Of a stretch of DNA of 64,000 nt, positions 19,829 through 29,484 are shown one piece after another (position 1 is the first letter of the stretch; each line of letters begins with the position of its first letter). The translations under genes and the position numbers were made by a program. Source of the stretch: Nitrospirota bacterium (GTDB taxonomy: Bacteria; Nitrospirota; UBA9217); NCBI GenBank assembly GCA_963740085.1, contig CAVUCU010000005.1:224001-288000 (forward strand). The letters run 5' to 3'. The notes beneath the pieces are model-generated. The model did not search any database. It was not told the origin of the DNA and was given only the letters and a program-made list of their open reading frames with translations.

Positions 19829-20818
19829 ATGCCGCTTTACGACCCTCATAAAAGGCTCATCGACTATCTTCGGATCTCCGTCACAGACCGGTGTAATCTC
19901 TCGTGCTTATACTGTAAGCCCCGCGCCGAGATGAAGATGCTCTCTCACAGCGAGATCCTCTCCTATGAAGAGATCTCCCGGCTCGTGGCCCTTGCCGTGC
20001 CGTTAGGGATCTCCCGGGTGCGCGTGACCGGCGGCGAACCTCTGGTAAGGCGCGGGATCGTGGATTTCATCACATCGCTCCATACACTGCAAGGCATAGA
20101 GGATATCAGCATTACGACGAACGGCGTCCTGCTCGATGAGATGGCGGAAGGCCTTATCAAGACCGGGAAACTGCGGCTCAATATCAGCCTAGATTCGCTC
20201 AACCCGCGCACGTTCCGGGATATCACGGGCAGCGACAACTACGACCGGGTATGGCGCGGGATCAACCGGGCCGAGGAACTCGGATTTTCCCCGCTCAAGA
20301 TCAACATGGTCCCGGTCAGGGGCATGAACGATGCCGAAGTGGCAGACTTTGCGCGCCTCACGCTCGACCGTAAGTTCCATGTACGGTTCATCGAATACAT
20401 GCCCATCGGCGCGGATAAACGATGGCAAAGGGATTCATGCGTTCCCTCCAGCGAGATCCGGGAGAAAATAGAACGCGAACTCGGGCCGCTCAAACCTTTC
20501 TCATCGGGGAATTCCGCGGGCCCTTCTGACAATTTTCAACTCCCCGATGCCCTCGGGGTTATCGGGTTCATCAGCCCCATCACGCGGCATTTTTGTGAGT
20601 CCTGCAGGCGCCTCCGCCTCACGGCAGACGGGAAGATCAGGCCCTGCCTGCTTTCGGACACGGAAATCGATGTAAAGTCTCCCTTGCGCGGCGGGTGCGA
20701 TGATGCGGAGCTGGAACGATTGTTCAGGCTGGCTCTCGAGATCAAGCCCGACAGGCATTATATCAATGAGACCGAACCCGGTTGCTTCCAACGGACCATG
20801 TCGCGAATAGGAGGATGA
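19829..20818 (+). CDS. moaA: GTP 3',8-cyclase
   Basis: YLRISVTDRCNLSCLYC radical-SAM motif; FCESCRRLRLTADG..PCL; C-terminal IGG. Confidence 0.96.
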   Translation: MPLYDPHKRLIDYLRISVTDRCNLSCLYCKPRAEMKMLSHSEILSYEEISRLVALAVPLGISRVRVTGGEPLVRRGIVDFITSLHTLQGIEDISITTNGVLLDEMAEGLIKTGKLRLNISLDSLNPRTFRDITGSDNYDRVWRGINRAEELGFSPLKINMVPVRGMNDAEVADFARLTLDRKFHVRFIEYMPIGADKRWQRDSCVPSSEIREKIERELGPLKPFSSGNSAGPSDNFQLPDALGVIGFISPITRHFCESCRRLRLTADGKIRPCLLSDTEIDVKSPLRGGCDDAELERLFRLALEIKPDRHYINETEPGCFQRTMSRIGG

Positions 20819-20830
20819 GCAGTATAAAAT

Positions 20831-20958
20831 AAAAATTTCAACTCCCAAGCTCCAGATAACGAATAAACGCCAGTAACCAAGCACCAAGGTCCAAACGTCT
20901 GGTTATTATTATTTGGTCCTTGGATATTATTTGTATTTGGATATTAATTTGGAATTTT
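20831..20958. repeat. AT-rich 7-nt-periodic palindromic element
   Basis: TCCCAAG CTCCAGA ... AACCAAG CACCAAG GTCCAAA ... TTTGGTC CTTGGAT ... TTTGGAT .. TTTGGAATTT. Confidence 0.65.
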
Positions 20959-20974
20959 CTTATTTCACACACTT

Positions 20975-21454
20975 ATGGCTAATTTTAACCATTTCGACAA
21001 AGAAGGCGCCGCGCGAATGGTGGACATTACCGCCAAAGATGAAACAGCCCGGGTGGCTGTGGCAGAAGGCCTCGTGTTCATGCAACCCGAGACACTTGCG
21101 CTTATCCTCGACCGCAACGTCGTCAAAGGTGACGTTTTTTCAGTGGCGCGCATTGCAGGCATCATGGCGGCAAAAAGGACACCCGAACTGATCCCCCTCT
21201 GCCATCCGCTGAATATCTCGTCCGTCAACATCGACTTCGAGCCGGACAAGGAGCGATCCTGCGTCCTGGTCCGCGCCACGATCAGGATCTTCTCGCGGAC
21301 CGGCGTGGAGATGGAGGCGCTCAATGCAGTCGCTTTAGCAGGCCTCACGATCTACGACATGTGCAAGTCAACGGACCGCACCATGACCATTTCCGATATC
21401 CGGTTGATGAAAAAATCAGGCGGCAAGAGCGGGACGTTTGTGCGAGAAAAGTGA
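20975..21454 (+). CDS. moaC: cyclic pyranopterin monophosphate synthase
   Basis: HFD..ARMVDI, LIPLCHP, TGVEMEAL, IYDMCK and KSGGKSG. Confidence 0.96.
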   Translation: MANFNHFDKEGAARMVDITAKDETARVAVAEGLVFMQPETLALILDRNVVKGDVFSVARIAGIMAAKRTPELIPLCHPLNISSVNIDFEPDKERSCVLVRATIRIFSRTGVEMEALNAVALAGLTIYDMCKSTDRTMTISDIRLMKKSGGKSGTFVREK

Positions 21455-21822
21455 CGGGATCACCGGGAGCCCTGTGGCTACAGATGATGCATCCAGCTTA
21501 TGTATGACGGCATGCGGCGAAGTTGGATAAAAAGTGCAGGAAACGTTTCGATTGCTAGAACGCGTGAAGAAACATTTCAAGGGTCTTCATAAGAAATGCG
21601 CCGAGAAGAAGCCCGAGAAGCACTATTCCGATATACTTTAAGGTAGATTTCAATCGATCGTTCATCAAATCTCCGCATGAGCAAATAAAAGCAGACAATT
21701 ACCGAGCGTACCGTTGGCTTTTCGATGTATCGCAATTGCAATACTATTGACCCGCGCAAACCGCCTTTAGTTATTCCCGTGAAAAGCGTTTTCGGCCGCG
21801 CTTATTTCGGCGGACAATAATG

Positions 21823-22476
21823 CTAAGGGAAAACAGCTCCCTGCATCCGGCCGTGCTCTGTTTTTATATCGTATTCTTTCTGCTCTTCAACTAATTTATT
21901 CATCCGGATTCGGCTGAGGTCATCAATGCGTCGGTCGAGTTCAGCGCAGGTCCAGATCGGAGCCAATTCGGCAACATCGCGTGATATATCAGCGGCGGCG
22001 GCAACCGCCAGGTCGCGATGGCCGTTCTCATGCGTAACGAGATTTTTCATATATCTATCCCATTTGTCCACAAGCGCCGTGGGAGCGGCGTCGGTGTGCT
22101 CCCATCTGGGCAGACGAAAAACGACCTCAACCGTGATCGTGAAAGCCTCGACTGAGCAGGCGCCGGCAGTGTTGTTGCGATCGTAATGCCGCTTCATTTT
22201 CCAGCTCGTCATCGAGTCATATTTTTTCCCGTCGGTCCATTTGATGCATTTATTCTTCAGGTCGCATTGAAGGTCCTTTTCGCACAATCCGCAGACATCA
22301 TAGTAGACATATTTTTCATTCACCCTGGTGGGGACAATTTTATTCACTTTCCGGGACGCAATGCTATTTCCGGCCAATGCATCACCAGCGCCGCGGTCCC
22401 CGGCGAAGGCCGTTGTGAAAACGGACAAACATAAAAAAAGCAGACCGTATATCCGGAAAATACCTGGATAGCTCAT
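21823..22476 (-). CDS. exported DUF922-like predicted Zn-dependent protease
   Basis: Signal peptide; LPRW, HENGH (HExxH) and YD..TEHG..QG motifs. Confidence 0.75.
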   Translation of the reverse strand: MSYPGIFRIYGLLFLCLSVFTTAFAGDRGAGDALAGNSIASRKVNKIVPTRVNEKYVYYDVCGLCEKDLQCDLKNKCIKWTDGKKYDSMTSWKMKRHYDRNNTAGACSVEAFTITVEVVFRLPRWEHTDAAPTALVDKWDRYMKNLVTHENGHRDLAVAAAADISRDVAELAPIWTCAELDRRIDDLSRIRMNKLVEEQKEYDIKTEHGRMQGAVFP

Positions 22477-22786
22477 AGTTCTTTCGTTTTTGTGAAGAGG
22501 GAATTTTATATATTATACACCAGGATCGATTGGATTCAAGAGAGAAGAAATGTCTGGTAGATCATGGTAAGCAATTTTTTCATCGCCCTTCTCTCCCGTT
22601 TGCTGCCGTACCTTTGCTCCTGCCAGTTGACTTTGTTCCCATCGTCTCCATTCCGGCAAAGCCGCTTCACAAACGAAACAAGGCAAGCCATCGGCCTGCC
22701 TTGTTTGACCACACGCTCATCAGCGTTAACCGTTTCGCGGACCATCCTCTCCGAACCAAAAGCGGGGCCTTTCGTCCGACCAAACC

Positions 22787-23995
22787 TCACTTGTCTTTTT
22801 GCTCCATCTTCGGCTTCAGCATATCTCCCAGCGTCCCCATGTTCTGGGGCTCTTCCTCCGCTTTTTGTTTATAGTCCTTCATCGTTGCGGCTTCCTCTTC
22901 CTCTGCGCGGCGGATCTCTGCCAGGGCAAGCGAGATCCTTCTCTGCGCCCGGTCCACCGCTTCCACCTGCACTTCTACGCTCTGACCCTCTTTCACCACC
23001 TCGCGGGGATGATTGATCCTTCTCCCGGCGCCCATCTTCGAGATGTGGATGAGCCCGTCCACGCCCTCCTTCAGGGTGACGAACGCGCCGAAGGCGGCAA
23101 TGCGGGAGACGGTACCGGCGTGGTATGAGCCGACGAGATAGGTGTCCGCAACGAGGTCCCAAGGGTCCGGCATCGCGTCTTTCAGGCTGAACGAAATGCG
23201 ATCATGTTCCCAATCCAGTTTCTTGATGATCACCTCGACTTCCTGGCCGACAGAGAGAAGGTCGCTGACCTTTTCGGTCCTGGTCCAGGCGATCTCCGAG
23301 ACCGGGAGCAGACCTTCCACGCCGCCGATATCGACAAAAGCGCCGAACTTCTGGATGGAGGTCACCTTCCCCCTTACCTTCTCCCCCTCTTTGAGCGTTT
23401 CCTTCAGCGCCTGTTTCTTCTCCCGTTTCTCCTGGTCCAGGATGGCCCTCCGGGAGAGCACAATGTTCCTGCCTCCCTCTTCGTACTCTGCAATGGTAAA
23501 TGACAGTGACCTGCCGATATAATCGGCCTGGTTCTCATCGCGCCGGATCCCCATCTGGGAAAAGGGACAGAAGGCCCGCACCGTGCCGCCGATCTTGACC
23601 TCGAATCCGCCCTTTATCTCCTTGGCTACCGTACCGTCGACCGGGATCCCGTTTTTCCACGCATCTTCAAGCTGGCTCTGTTTTCCCGGACCCGACCCGA
23701 TCTTGGTGGTAAAATGCATCTCATTGTTTTTCGAGGACAGGAAATAAGCACGGATCCTGTCGCCTTCTTTGACGAGCAGGTTCCCGGTATCATCGAGCAT
23801 CTCTTTCCTCTCGAGGTAGCCTTCGCCCTTGCCGCCGAGATCGAGGAATATCCAGTCTCCCGAGATCTTGACGATCGTGGTTTCGACCATCTGCCCAGGC
23901 TCCAGCCTGTCGCGCTGCACATAGCTCTTTTCGAACATGTCTGCGAAGTTCTCTTCGCCGCTTGCTGAATTTGCCGTCTTGTCGTTAGTCTCCAT
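22787..23995 (-). CDS. rpsA: 30S ribosomal protein S1 (short, four S1 domains)
   Basis: FADMFE N-terminus; repeated FGAFV..G..GL S1 domains; GTLGD tail. Confidence 0.88.
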   Translation of the reverse strand: METNDKTANSASGEENFADMFEKSYVQRDRLEPGQMVETTIVKISGDWIFLDLGGKGEGYLERKEMLDDTGNLLVKEGDRIRAYFLSSKNNEMHFTTKIGSGPGKQSQLEDAWKNGIPVDGTVAKEIKGGFEVKIGGTVRAFCPFSQMGIRRDENQADYIGRSLSFTIAEYEEGGRNIVLSRRAILDQEKREKKQALKETLKEGEKVRGKVTSIQKFGAFVDIGGVEGLLPVSEIAWTRTEKVSDLLSVGQEVEVIIKKLDWEHDRISFSLKDAMPDPWDLVADTYLVGSYHAGTVSRIAAFGAFVTLKEGVDGLIHISKMGAGRRINHPREVVKEGQSVEVQVEAVDRAQRRISLALAEIRRAEEEEAATMKDYKQKAEEEPQNMGTLGDMLKPKMEQKDK

Positions 23996-24024
23996 AAAGT
24001 CCCTTTCACGTCACTTAATAATCA

Positions 24025-24115
24025 ACACGAATGTAACGAATGCATCGAATGGCACGAATACTCTGGGTCAGGATCGTTTTCTTCGCGCAATTCGTTCCTT
24101 CGTGTCATTCGTGTT
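24025..24115. repeat. 9-nt-periodic palindromic element overlapping the rimO 3' end
   Basis: ACACGAAT GTAACGAAT GCATCGAAT GGCACGAAT ... ATTCGTTC CTTCGTGTC ATTCGTGTT. Confidence 0.75.
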
Positions 24116-25435
24116 CCTGTTTTTTGTTTCCGCCATCAGATCATACTCCGTGGCATCGGTGATCGTCGCCTCGACGAACGTGCCGGGCTCCGCCTCGGTC
24201 TCGGAGAGATAGACCACGCCGTCGATCTCAGGCGCCTGCGTCTCCAGCCTCCCGATGAGCGCCATGTCCTCCATGCCGTCGATGAGCACGCGCCGTCGCG
24301 TTCCGATGAGCGCCCTGTTCTTCCTGAGCGAGCTCTTCGCCTGGGCCGTCATGATCCGGTCGAGCCGGTCCGCTGCCGTCTCTGCCGGGACCGGTAATGC
24401 AAGGTCAAAGGCCGCCGTCCCTTCTTCAGGGGAATAGGTGAACACGCCGAGATGCTCGAATTCGATTTCCCTGATAAACGAGAGCAACCGCTTGAAGGCG
24501 GCATCGGTCTCGCCGGGAAAGCCGACAATGAGCGATGTGCGAAGCGCGATACCGGGCACCCGCTTTCTGAGCTGCTCGATGGTCCTCCGTATATCTTCCG
24601 AGGTCCCGCGCCGGTTCATGGCTGAAAGCACCTTGTCGTCGTAGTGCTGGATCGGGATGTCGAGGTACTTGCAGATCTTCTCTTCCTCCGCCATGACCAT
24701 CATCAGCGCGGTGCTGATCCTGCCGGGATACGCGTACATCAGGCGCACCCATGCGATCCCTTTGATTCGCGTCAGTGCCTTCAGGAGCTTCGGCAGATCC
24801 GCCTCGCCATCCCGGTAGGCCGTGGAATCCTGGGCCAGCAGGACCAGTTCCTTCGCGCCCTCGTCCGCGAGCCTGCGCGCCTCATCCAGGATGGACCGGT
24901 ACGGCCGGCTGGTGAAATTCCCTCGGATGATGGGAATGGCGCAGTAGGAACAGCGGTTGCTGCATCCCTCGGCGATCTTGAGATACCGGTAATGGACCGG
25001 CGTGGTGCTGACGCGGGGAAGACCGTAAACCATCGTCGGCCCGGTTACCTTCACCAGGCGTTCTTTACCCGCGAGCGCCTGTTCACAGATCTCGCTGATC
25101 CGGCCGATCTCTCCCGTGCCGATCACCATGTCGGCCTCCGGCAGCTCCCGTAACAGTTCCTCTTTATACCGCTGCGCAAGACAACCCGCAATGATGACCT
25201 TCGCGCATTTTCCCTGTTCTTTCATCCTCGCGGCCTCGAGGATCGCTTCGATGGATTCCTCTTTGGCCGTTTCAATGAACCCGCACGTGTTCACCACGAT
25301 CACGTCCGCCTGGTTCTGCTCGGACGTTATTTCGAATCCCGACCCGGCGAGCAACCCGAGCATCTGCTCGGCATCCACCTGGTTCTTGGGGCAGCCGAGG
25401 CTGACCATGCCTATTTTATACGGTTTTTTTTTCAC
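24068..25435 (-). CDS. rimO: ribosomal protein S12 methylthiotransferase
   Basis: SLGCPKN, NTCGFI..AKEES, YLKIAEGCSNRCSYC and APEIDG TRAM domain. Confidence 0.96.
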   Translation of the reverse strand: MKKKPYKIGMVSLGCPKNQVDAEQMLGLLAGSGFEITSEQNQADVIVVNTCGFIETAKEESIEAILEAARMKEQGKCAKVIIAGCLAQRYKEELLRELPEADMVIGTGEIGRISEICEQALAGKERLVKVTGPTMVYGLPRVSTTPVHYRYLKIAEGCSNRCSYCAIPIIRGNFTSRPYRSILDEARRLADEGAKELVLLAQDSTAYRDGEADLPKLLKALTRIKGIAWVRLMYAYPGRISTALMMVMAEEEKICKYLDIPIQHYDDKVLSAMNRRGTSEDIRRTIEQLRKRVPGIALRTSLIVGFPGETDAAFKRLLSFIREIEFEHLGVFTYSPEEGTAAFDLALPVPAETAADRLDRIMTAQAKSSLRKNRALIGTRRRVLIDGMEDMALIGRLETQAPEIDGVVYLSETEAEPGTFVEATITDATEYDLMAETKNRNTNDTKERIARRKRS

Positions 25436-25535
25436 AGCTCTGAAGATGCACGAACGCGTGGCAAACCCGAACAGGAGCGCTCACTGCGGTGATGACACTA
25501 TACCACCCGGCCCCTGCGCGGACAATGGAAAAAAA

Positions 25536-25993
25536 CTAAAACCCGCCGCTCAAAGCCAGGAAGCCCGCCATTTTTTCATTGGTCTCGCGTAAACGCTTCG
25601 AGAGGGTCTTCGTGAACGTCAAGAGAAGCTTATCCCCGAGCTCGTGGTCCATGGCAAGGATGTTATCCAGATCGGTCTTGTTGATCGCAATAAGCACGAC
25701 ATCGGTGTTCGCAATAGCGTGGGCTGAGCGCGGGAAGTTGTCGATCAGGGCCATCTCCCCGAAATAGTCCCCCACCTTCAGCACCGCAAGCGCCTCCTCA
25801 CCGATGTTCGGGATGAATTTGCTGATGCGCACTTCCCCCTTGATGATGAGGTAACACCGTTTCCGGGATCGTCTTCGAAGAACATCATCGTGTCCTTGGC
25901 ATGAGTTTCCTTGATGCAGATATTCCGGATCTTCTCCAGTTCTTTCGTGGTGAGACCATCGAACAGGTGTATCTTATTGAGCAGTTCACTCAT
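25536..25993 (-). pseudogene. cyclic-nucleotide-binding (cNMP) domain protein, frameshifted near 25860
   Basis: MSELLNKIHLFDGL...FFEDDPG in one frame continues as CYLIIKGEVRIS...GDYFGEMAL..PRSA in another; a 1-nt deletion. Confidence 0.8.
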
Positions 25994-26003
25994 CTTCCCC
26001 CCG

Positions 26004-26378
26004 CTACAAATGCGTACGGTCCATCTCGAATGCGTTCCGGATGAGCTCCACTTCCTGTTCCGCTGCCGTGGTGATGGCCACCACATCGAACCTGCAGGGG
26101 ACCTGATGAAGCTTTTTATATTTGATGTACGCAAGCGCCGCCTTGATCATCCGCTGCTGCTTGCGGGAAGTGACCGCAAGTTCCGGCGCGCCGAAGGCGT
26201 CGCTCGTTCTCGTTTTCACCTCAACGAACACCACGGCACCGTCGTGCAGGGCGATCAGGTCGATCTCACCGCTTCGCGTTCTGTAATTCCGTTCCAGGAT
26301 CCGGTATCCCTGTTTGGTCAAAAACCGCGCGGCCAGTTCCTCGCCTTCCCTGCCGAGAAGTTTTTTTAGCAGACTCAA
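26004..26378 (-). CDS. yraN: YraN (UPF0102) family protein
   Basis: GEELA..FL..GY.ILERN, GEIDLI, FVEVK.R and RFDV. Confidence 0.92.
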   Translation of the reverse strand: MSLLKKLLGREGEELAARFLTKQGYRILERNYRTRSGEIDLIALHDGAVVFVEVKTRTSDAFGAPELAVTSRKQQRMIKAALAYIKYKKLHQVPCRFDVVAITTAAEQEVELIRNAFEMDRTHL

Positions 26379-26390
26379 AGGGCCTCTCCG

Positions 26391-27068
26391 TTAGAGCATC
26401 CGGGAAACGGGATTGAACGTTTTGCGATGGACATCACAGGGTCCATGCTTTCGCAGAAGCGAGAGGTGCTCCTCGGTGCCGTAACCCTTATGTTTATGAA
26501 AATTGTAACGGGGATATTTTTTATGCAGCTCCAGCATTATGCGGTCCCGGGTCACCTTGGCAAGAATGGACGCTGCTGCGATGGAGTGGCTGCGACAGTC
26601 TCCCTTGATGAGCGACTTCTGCGGGAGCGGGACGCGCGGAAGGAAGATAGCATCAAGGAGCAGGTAATCGGGTTGCGGATTGAGCGCCTGGAGCGCCCGC
26701 TCCATGGCAATGATGGTCGCCTGAAGGATGTTCACGAGGTCAATGGTCCGCTCGTCGGCAATGCCGACGCCAAAGCAGACCGCCCGTTCTCGTATCACCT
26801 CGAAGAGACTCTCCCGCTCCTCTTCAGGGACCTGTTTGGAATCAGTGAGCCCGGGGATCAACAGGTCGACGGGCAGCACCACCGCAGCAGCCACAACCGG
26901 ACCGGCCAGCGGTCCCCTGCCCGCCTCATCCAGCCCGGCGATGCACCGGTAACCGTCCTTGCGCGAACTACGCTCGAAGTACAAGGGGTCGCACTCCAGC
27001 TCGTCGCCGAACAGATCAGCAGTGCGATCCGGATGTACATCACGAGGACGTGATCGGCCTAGAGGCAT
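26391..27068 (-). CDS. rnhB: ribonuclease HII
   Basis: GLDEAGRGPLAGPV, DSK, IAAASILAKVTRD and HKGYGT. Confidence 0.96.
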   Translation of the reverse strand: MPLGRSRPRDVHPDRTADLFGDELECDPLYFERSSRKDGYRCIAGLDEAGRGPLAGPVVAAAVVLPVDLLIPGLTDSKQVPEEERESLFEVIRERAVCFGVGIADERTIDLVNILQATIIAMERALQALNPQPDYLLLDAIFLPRVPLPQKSLIKGDCRSHSIAAASILAKVTRDRIMLELHKKYPRYNFHKHKGYGTEEHLSLLRKHGPCDVHRKTFNPVSRML

Positions 27069-27084
27069 AGCGACCTCAATATGG

Positions 27085-27200
27085 GAAAAATCCCAAACTA
27101 TAAATCCCAAATCACAAACAATTTCCAATGATCAAAATAAAGGAATTTGATGCTTGTTGTTTGGGATTTATCTGGAGCCTGGTACTTGAGCTTTAGCGTT
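27085..27200. repeat. AT-rich 7-nt-periodic palindromic element
   Basis: TCCCAAA CTATAAA TCCCAAA TCACAAA CAATTTCCAA ... TTTGGGATTT..CTGGAGC CTGGTAC TTGAGC. Confidence 0.7.
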
Positions 27201-27208
27201 TAACCTGC

Positions 27209-27604
27209 TTACTTCTGTTCAGCGATATCCGGCTGCGTCGCGCCTGCCACGGTTGCATAGACGCGCTCTTTCTCTTTGATCCTGGCGGCCTTGCCGCGCA
27301 GCGCTCTGAGGAAATAAAGCTTGGCCCGGCGGACCTTGCCCTGTTTGGCGATCTCGATCTTGTCGATCATGGGCGAGTGGGTCGGAAAGAGTCTCTCGAC
27401 ACCCACGCCGTAGGACAGCTTCCGGACCCGGATGAGCTCGCGTGCGCCTGTTCCCTGGCGGCCTATCACTACGCCTTCGTAGATCTGGATTCTTTCCTTA
27501 TCGCCCTCTACAACCTTCGCATGTACACGGATGGTATCTCCCACGCGGAAGTTCGGGATCACTTCTTTCAATTGCGCCTTTTCCAACGACTGTATGATGT
27601 TCAT
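27209..27604 (-). CDS. rplS: 50S ribosomal protein L19
   Basis: [20 protein letters not shown] and [11 protein letters not shown]. Confidence 0.97.
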   Translation of the reverse strand: MNIIQSLEKAQLKEVIPNFRVGDTIRVHAKVVEGDKERIQIYEGVVIGRQGTGARELIRVRKLSYGVGVERLFPTHSPMIDKIEIAKQGKVRRAKLYFLRALRGKAARIKEKERVYATVAGATQPDIAEQK

Positions 27605-27623
27605 TGCAAACCTCCCTCACCTT

Positions 27624-27746
27624 AAACAATTTCTGAAGTTCTAAATTCTAAATCCTAAAAAAATAATGCCGGAAAAAAGATATTAACCTTTATTGATTTC
27701 GTTACTTGATATTGTTTAGGATTTCGATATTAGGATTTCGAACTTT
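27624..27746. repeat. AT-rich 7-nt-periodic palindromic element supplying the trmD stop
   Basis: TTCTAAA TTCTAAA TCCTAAA ... TTTAGGA TTTCGAT ATTAGGA TTTCGAA. Confidence 0.72.
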
Positions 27747-28494
27747 CCCATTCCCGTTTCAGTTCCTCCAGTATCTTCCGGTCTTCATCCGTGAGCTCCG
27801 CGGTCGCCAGCAGGTCCGGCCTTTTCATGAGCGTCGCCTTGAGCGCCTCGCGTCGGCGCCACCTATCGATGTCTGCATGGTTGCCGGAAAGGAGCACGTC
27901 CGGGACCTTTCTGCCGAGAAACTCTGCAGGTCGCGTATAGTGCGGGTGATCAAGCAGCCCGTCTCCGAAGGAATCCCGGTAAGCCGACTCCTCGTCGCCC
28001 AGAACGCCGGGTAGGAGCCTTGCGGCCGCGTCGATCACCACGAGCGCCGCGAGTTCCCCGCCGGTGAGCACATAGTCGCCAATCGAAAGCTCTTCGTCAA
28101 CGAGGGAATCGATCACACGCTCATCAATGGCCTCGTAGTGCCCGCAGAGCAGGATGATCCTGCGCTTTTCCCCGGAAAGCTCTTCGGCTCGTTGTTGATC
28201 GAAAATCCTGCCTTGCGGCGAGAGCAGGATCGTGAGAAACGTTTCACCGGGATGCTCCGCTTTAAGCGCCTCAAAGGCACTGAAGATCGGCCCGGGCTTG
28301 AGCACCATACCGGCGCCCCCGCCATAGGGGCTGTCATCTGCGGTCTTGTGCTTGTCTTCCGCATAGTCCCGAATGTTCCGGACCGCAACGTTCAGGAGCC
28401 CTTTTTCCCTTCCCCGTTTGAGAATGCTCTCGTTCAGCGGACCCTCAAGCATCCCGGGGAACAGGGTGAGCACCTCAAAGTTCAGTCTTCGCAT
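27730..28494 (-). CDS. trmD: tRNA (guanine37-N1)-methyltransferase
   Basis: TLFP, DDSPYGGGAGM, SIGDYVLTGGE, YTRP and SGNH. Confidence 0.97.
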   Translation of the reverse strand: MRRLNFEVLTLFPGMLEGPLNESILKRGREKGLLNVAVRNIRDYAEDKHKTADDSPYGGGAGMVLKPGPIFSAFEALKAEHPGETFLTILLSPQGRIFDQQRAEELSGEKRRIILLCGHYEAIDERVIDSLVDEELSIGDYVLTGGELAALVVIDAAARLLPGVLGDEESAYRDSFGDGLLDHPHYTRPAEFLGRKVPDVLLSGNHADIDRWRRREALKATLMKRPDLLATAELTDEDRKILEELKREWESSKS

Positions 28495-28519
28495 AAGAAA
28501 CGGTGCCGTTGTATTCCTT

Positions 28520-29023
28520 TTATTCCATCAGGCCGTCAATCAGATGGATGACCATCTGTTTTGCCTTCCGGTCGACCCGCTTTATCACTTCCTTCGTTGC
28601 GGGGAGATAGACTTCCTTCATCCCGCGTTTCATCACATACACGTCGTTACTGCCCGTTTCGAAGATGTCCACGACGGTGCCGAGCTTCTCGCCATCCTCG
28701 GAAAGCACCTCCATGCCGATGAGTTCGTACCAGTAATACTGCCCTTCGGGCAGCGGGACCGTGTCTTCCTCGGGGATCTTGACGAGCCACCCGTTCAGCG
28801 CCTTTGCCTTCTCGGGAGAATCGTACCCGTCAAAAAGAAGGAGAGGGACGTCGCCGGCGTACCGAACGGACTTTACTTTGCAAACGATCTCCTTGCCTGC
28901 CGGTGAGACCAGATACACCCGGCCCAGGTCCTTGAAGCGCCCGGGGAAGTCTGTCATGAGCCCGATCTTCATCTCGCCCTTGACGCCGAATGGTTTCATC
29001 GCCTTGCCGATCGTGATGAGCAT
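28520..29023 (-). CDS. rimM: 16S rRNA processing protein
   Basis: PFGVKGE, YYWYELIG and TGSNDVYV; operon position. Confidence 0.94.
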   Translation of the reverse strand: MLITIGKAMKPFGVKGEMKIGLMTDFPGRFKDLGRVYLVSPAGKEIVCKVKSVRYAGDVPLLLFDGYDSPEKAKALNGWLVKIPEEDTVPLPEGQYYWYELIGMEVLSEDGEKLGTVVDIFETGSNDVYVMKRGMKEVYLPATKEVIKRVDRKAKQMVIHLIDGLME

Positions 29024-29070
29024 AGTTCTCAGCTGACCAGCTTGAAAGCCGGCAGGCCCGCAGGCTGGCC

Positions 29071-29337
29071 CTACTTCGCTGCCTCTGCGAACTGCTTCAT
29101 GATCCCAACCTTGGAGAGCAGGGTCCGAGCCGTATCAGAGGGGACTGCGCCCTTCTTGAGCCAGTCCAATGTCTTGGTCTGGTCAACCTTGATCTCCGCC
29201 GGCTTCTTGAGCGGGTCGTAGATACCGACCATCTCGATAAAGCGGCCGTCTCTCGGCGACCGGGCATCCGCCACCACGAGCCGGTAGTACGGCTTCTTGT
29301 GGGTTCCCATCCGTTTCAGTCTGATCTTTACAGCCAT
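29071..29337 (-). CDS. rpsP: 30S ribosomal protein S16
   Basis: [22 protein letters not shown]. Confidence 0.97.
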   Translation of the reverse strand: MAVKIRLKRMGTHKKPYYRLVVADARSPRDGRFIEMVGIYDPLKKPAEIKVDQTKTLDWLKKGAVPSDTARTLLSKVGIMKQFAEAAK

Positions 29338-29360
29338 GTGTTCACCTCTTTCGTTAAATA

Positions 29361-29475
29361 CAATTTCTAATTTCTCTTCTAAACTCCAAACAATTTTTTT
29401 AAATTTGAATTTTCAAAACTATTTGGATATTTTCCCTGCAATTTAAGCTTATTTCGGATTTCGATATGAGAATTT
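29361..29475. repeat. AT-rich 7-nt-periodic palindromic element
   Basis: AATTTCTAA..TTCTAAA CTCCAAA CAA ... TTTCGGA TTTCGAT ATGAGAA TTT. Confidence 0.6.
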
Positions 29476-29484
29476 AACACGTGC

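Noticed and set aside
19640-19830. Moco riboswitch upstream of moaA
   Set aside because: No recognisable structure, and the transcript appears leaderless.
21455-21820. Small ORF 21577..21759 or an ncRNA in this gap (likewise 11400-11720 and 22480-22780)
   Set aside because: No RBS, motif or recognisable RNA family could be supported by eye; an Rfam search would be needed.
24025-24115. Periodic repeats as a CRISPR array
   Set aside because: Units are 7-9 nt, degenerate and lack spacers; no cas genes are in the window.
25424-25432. A9 run at the rimO start as a phase-variation tract
   Set aside because: It encodes KKK in frame in a housekeeping gene; there is no evidence of slippage.
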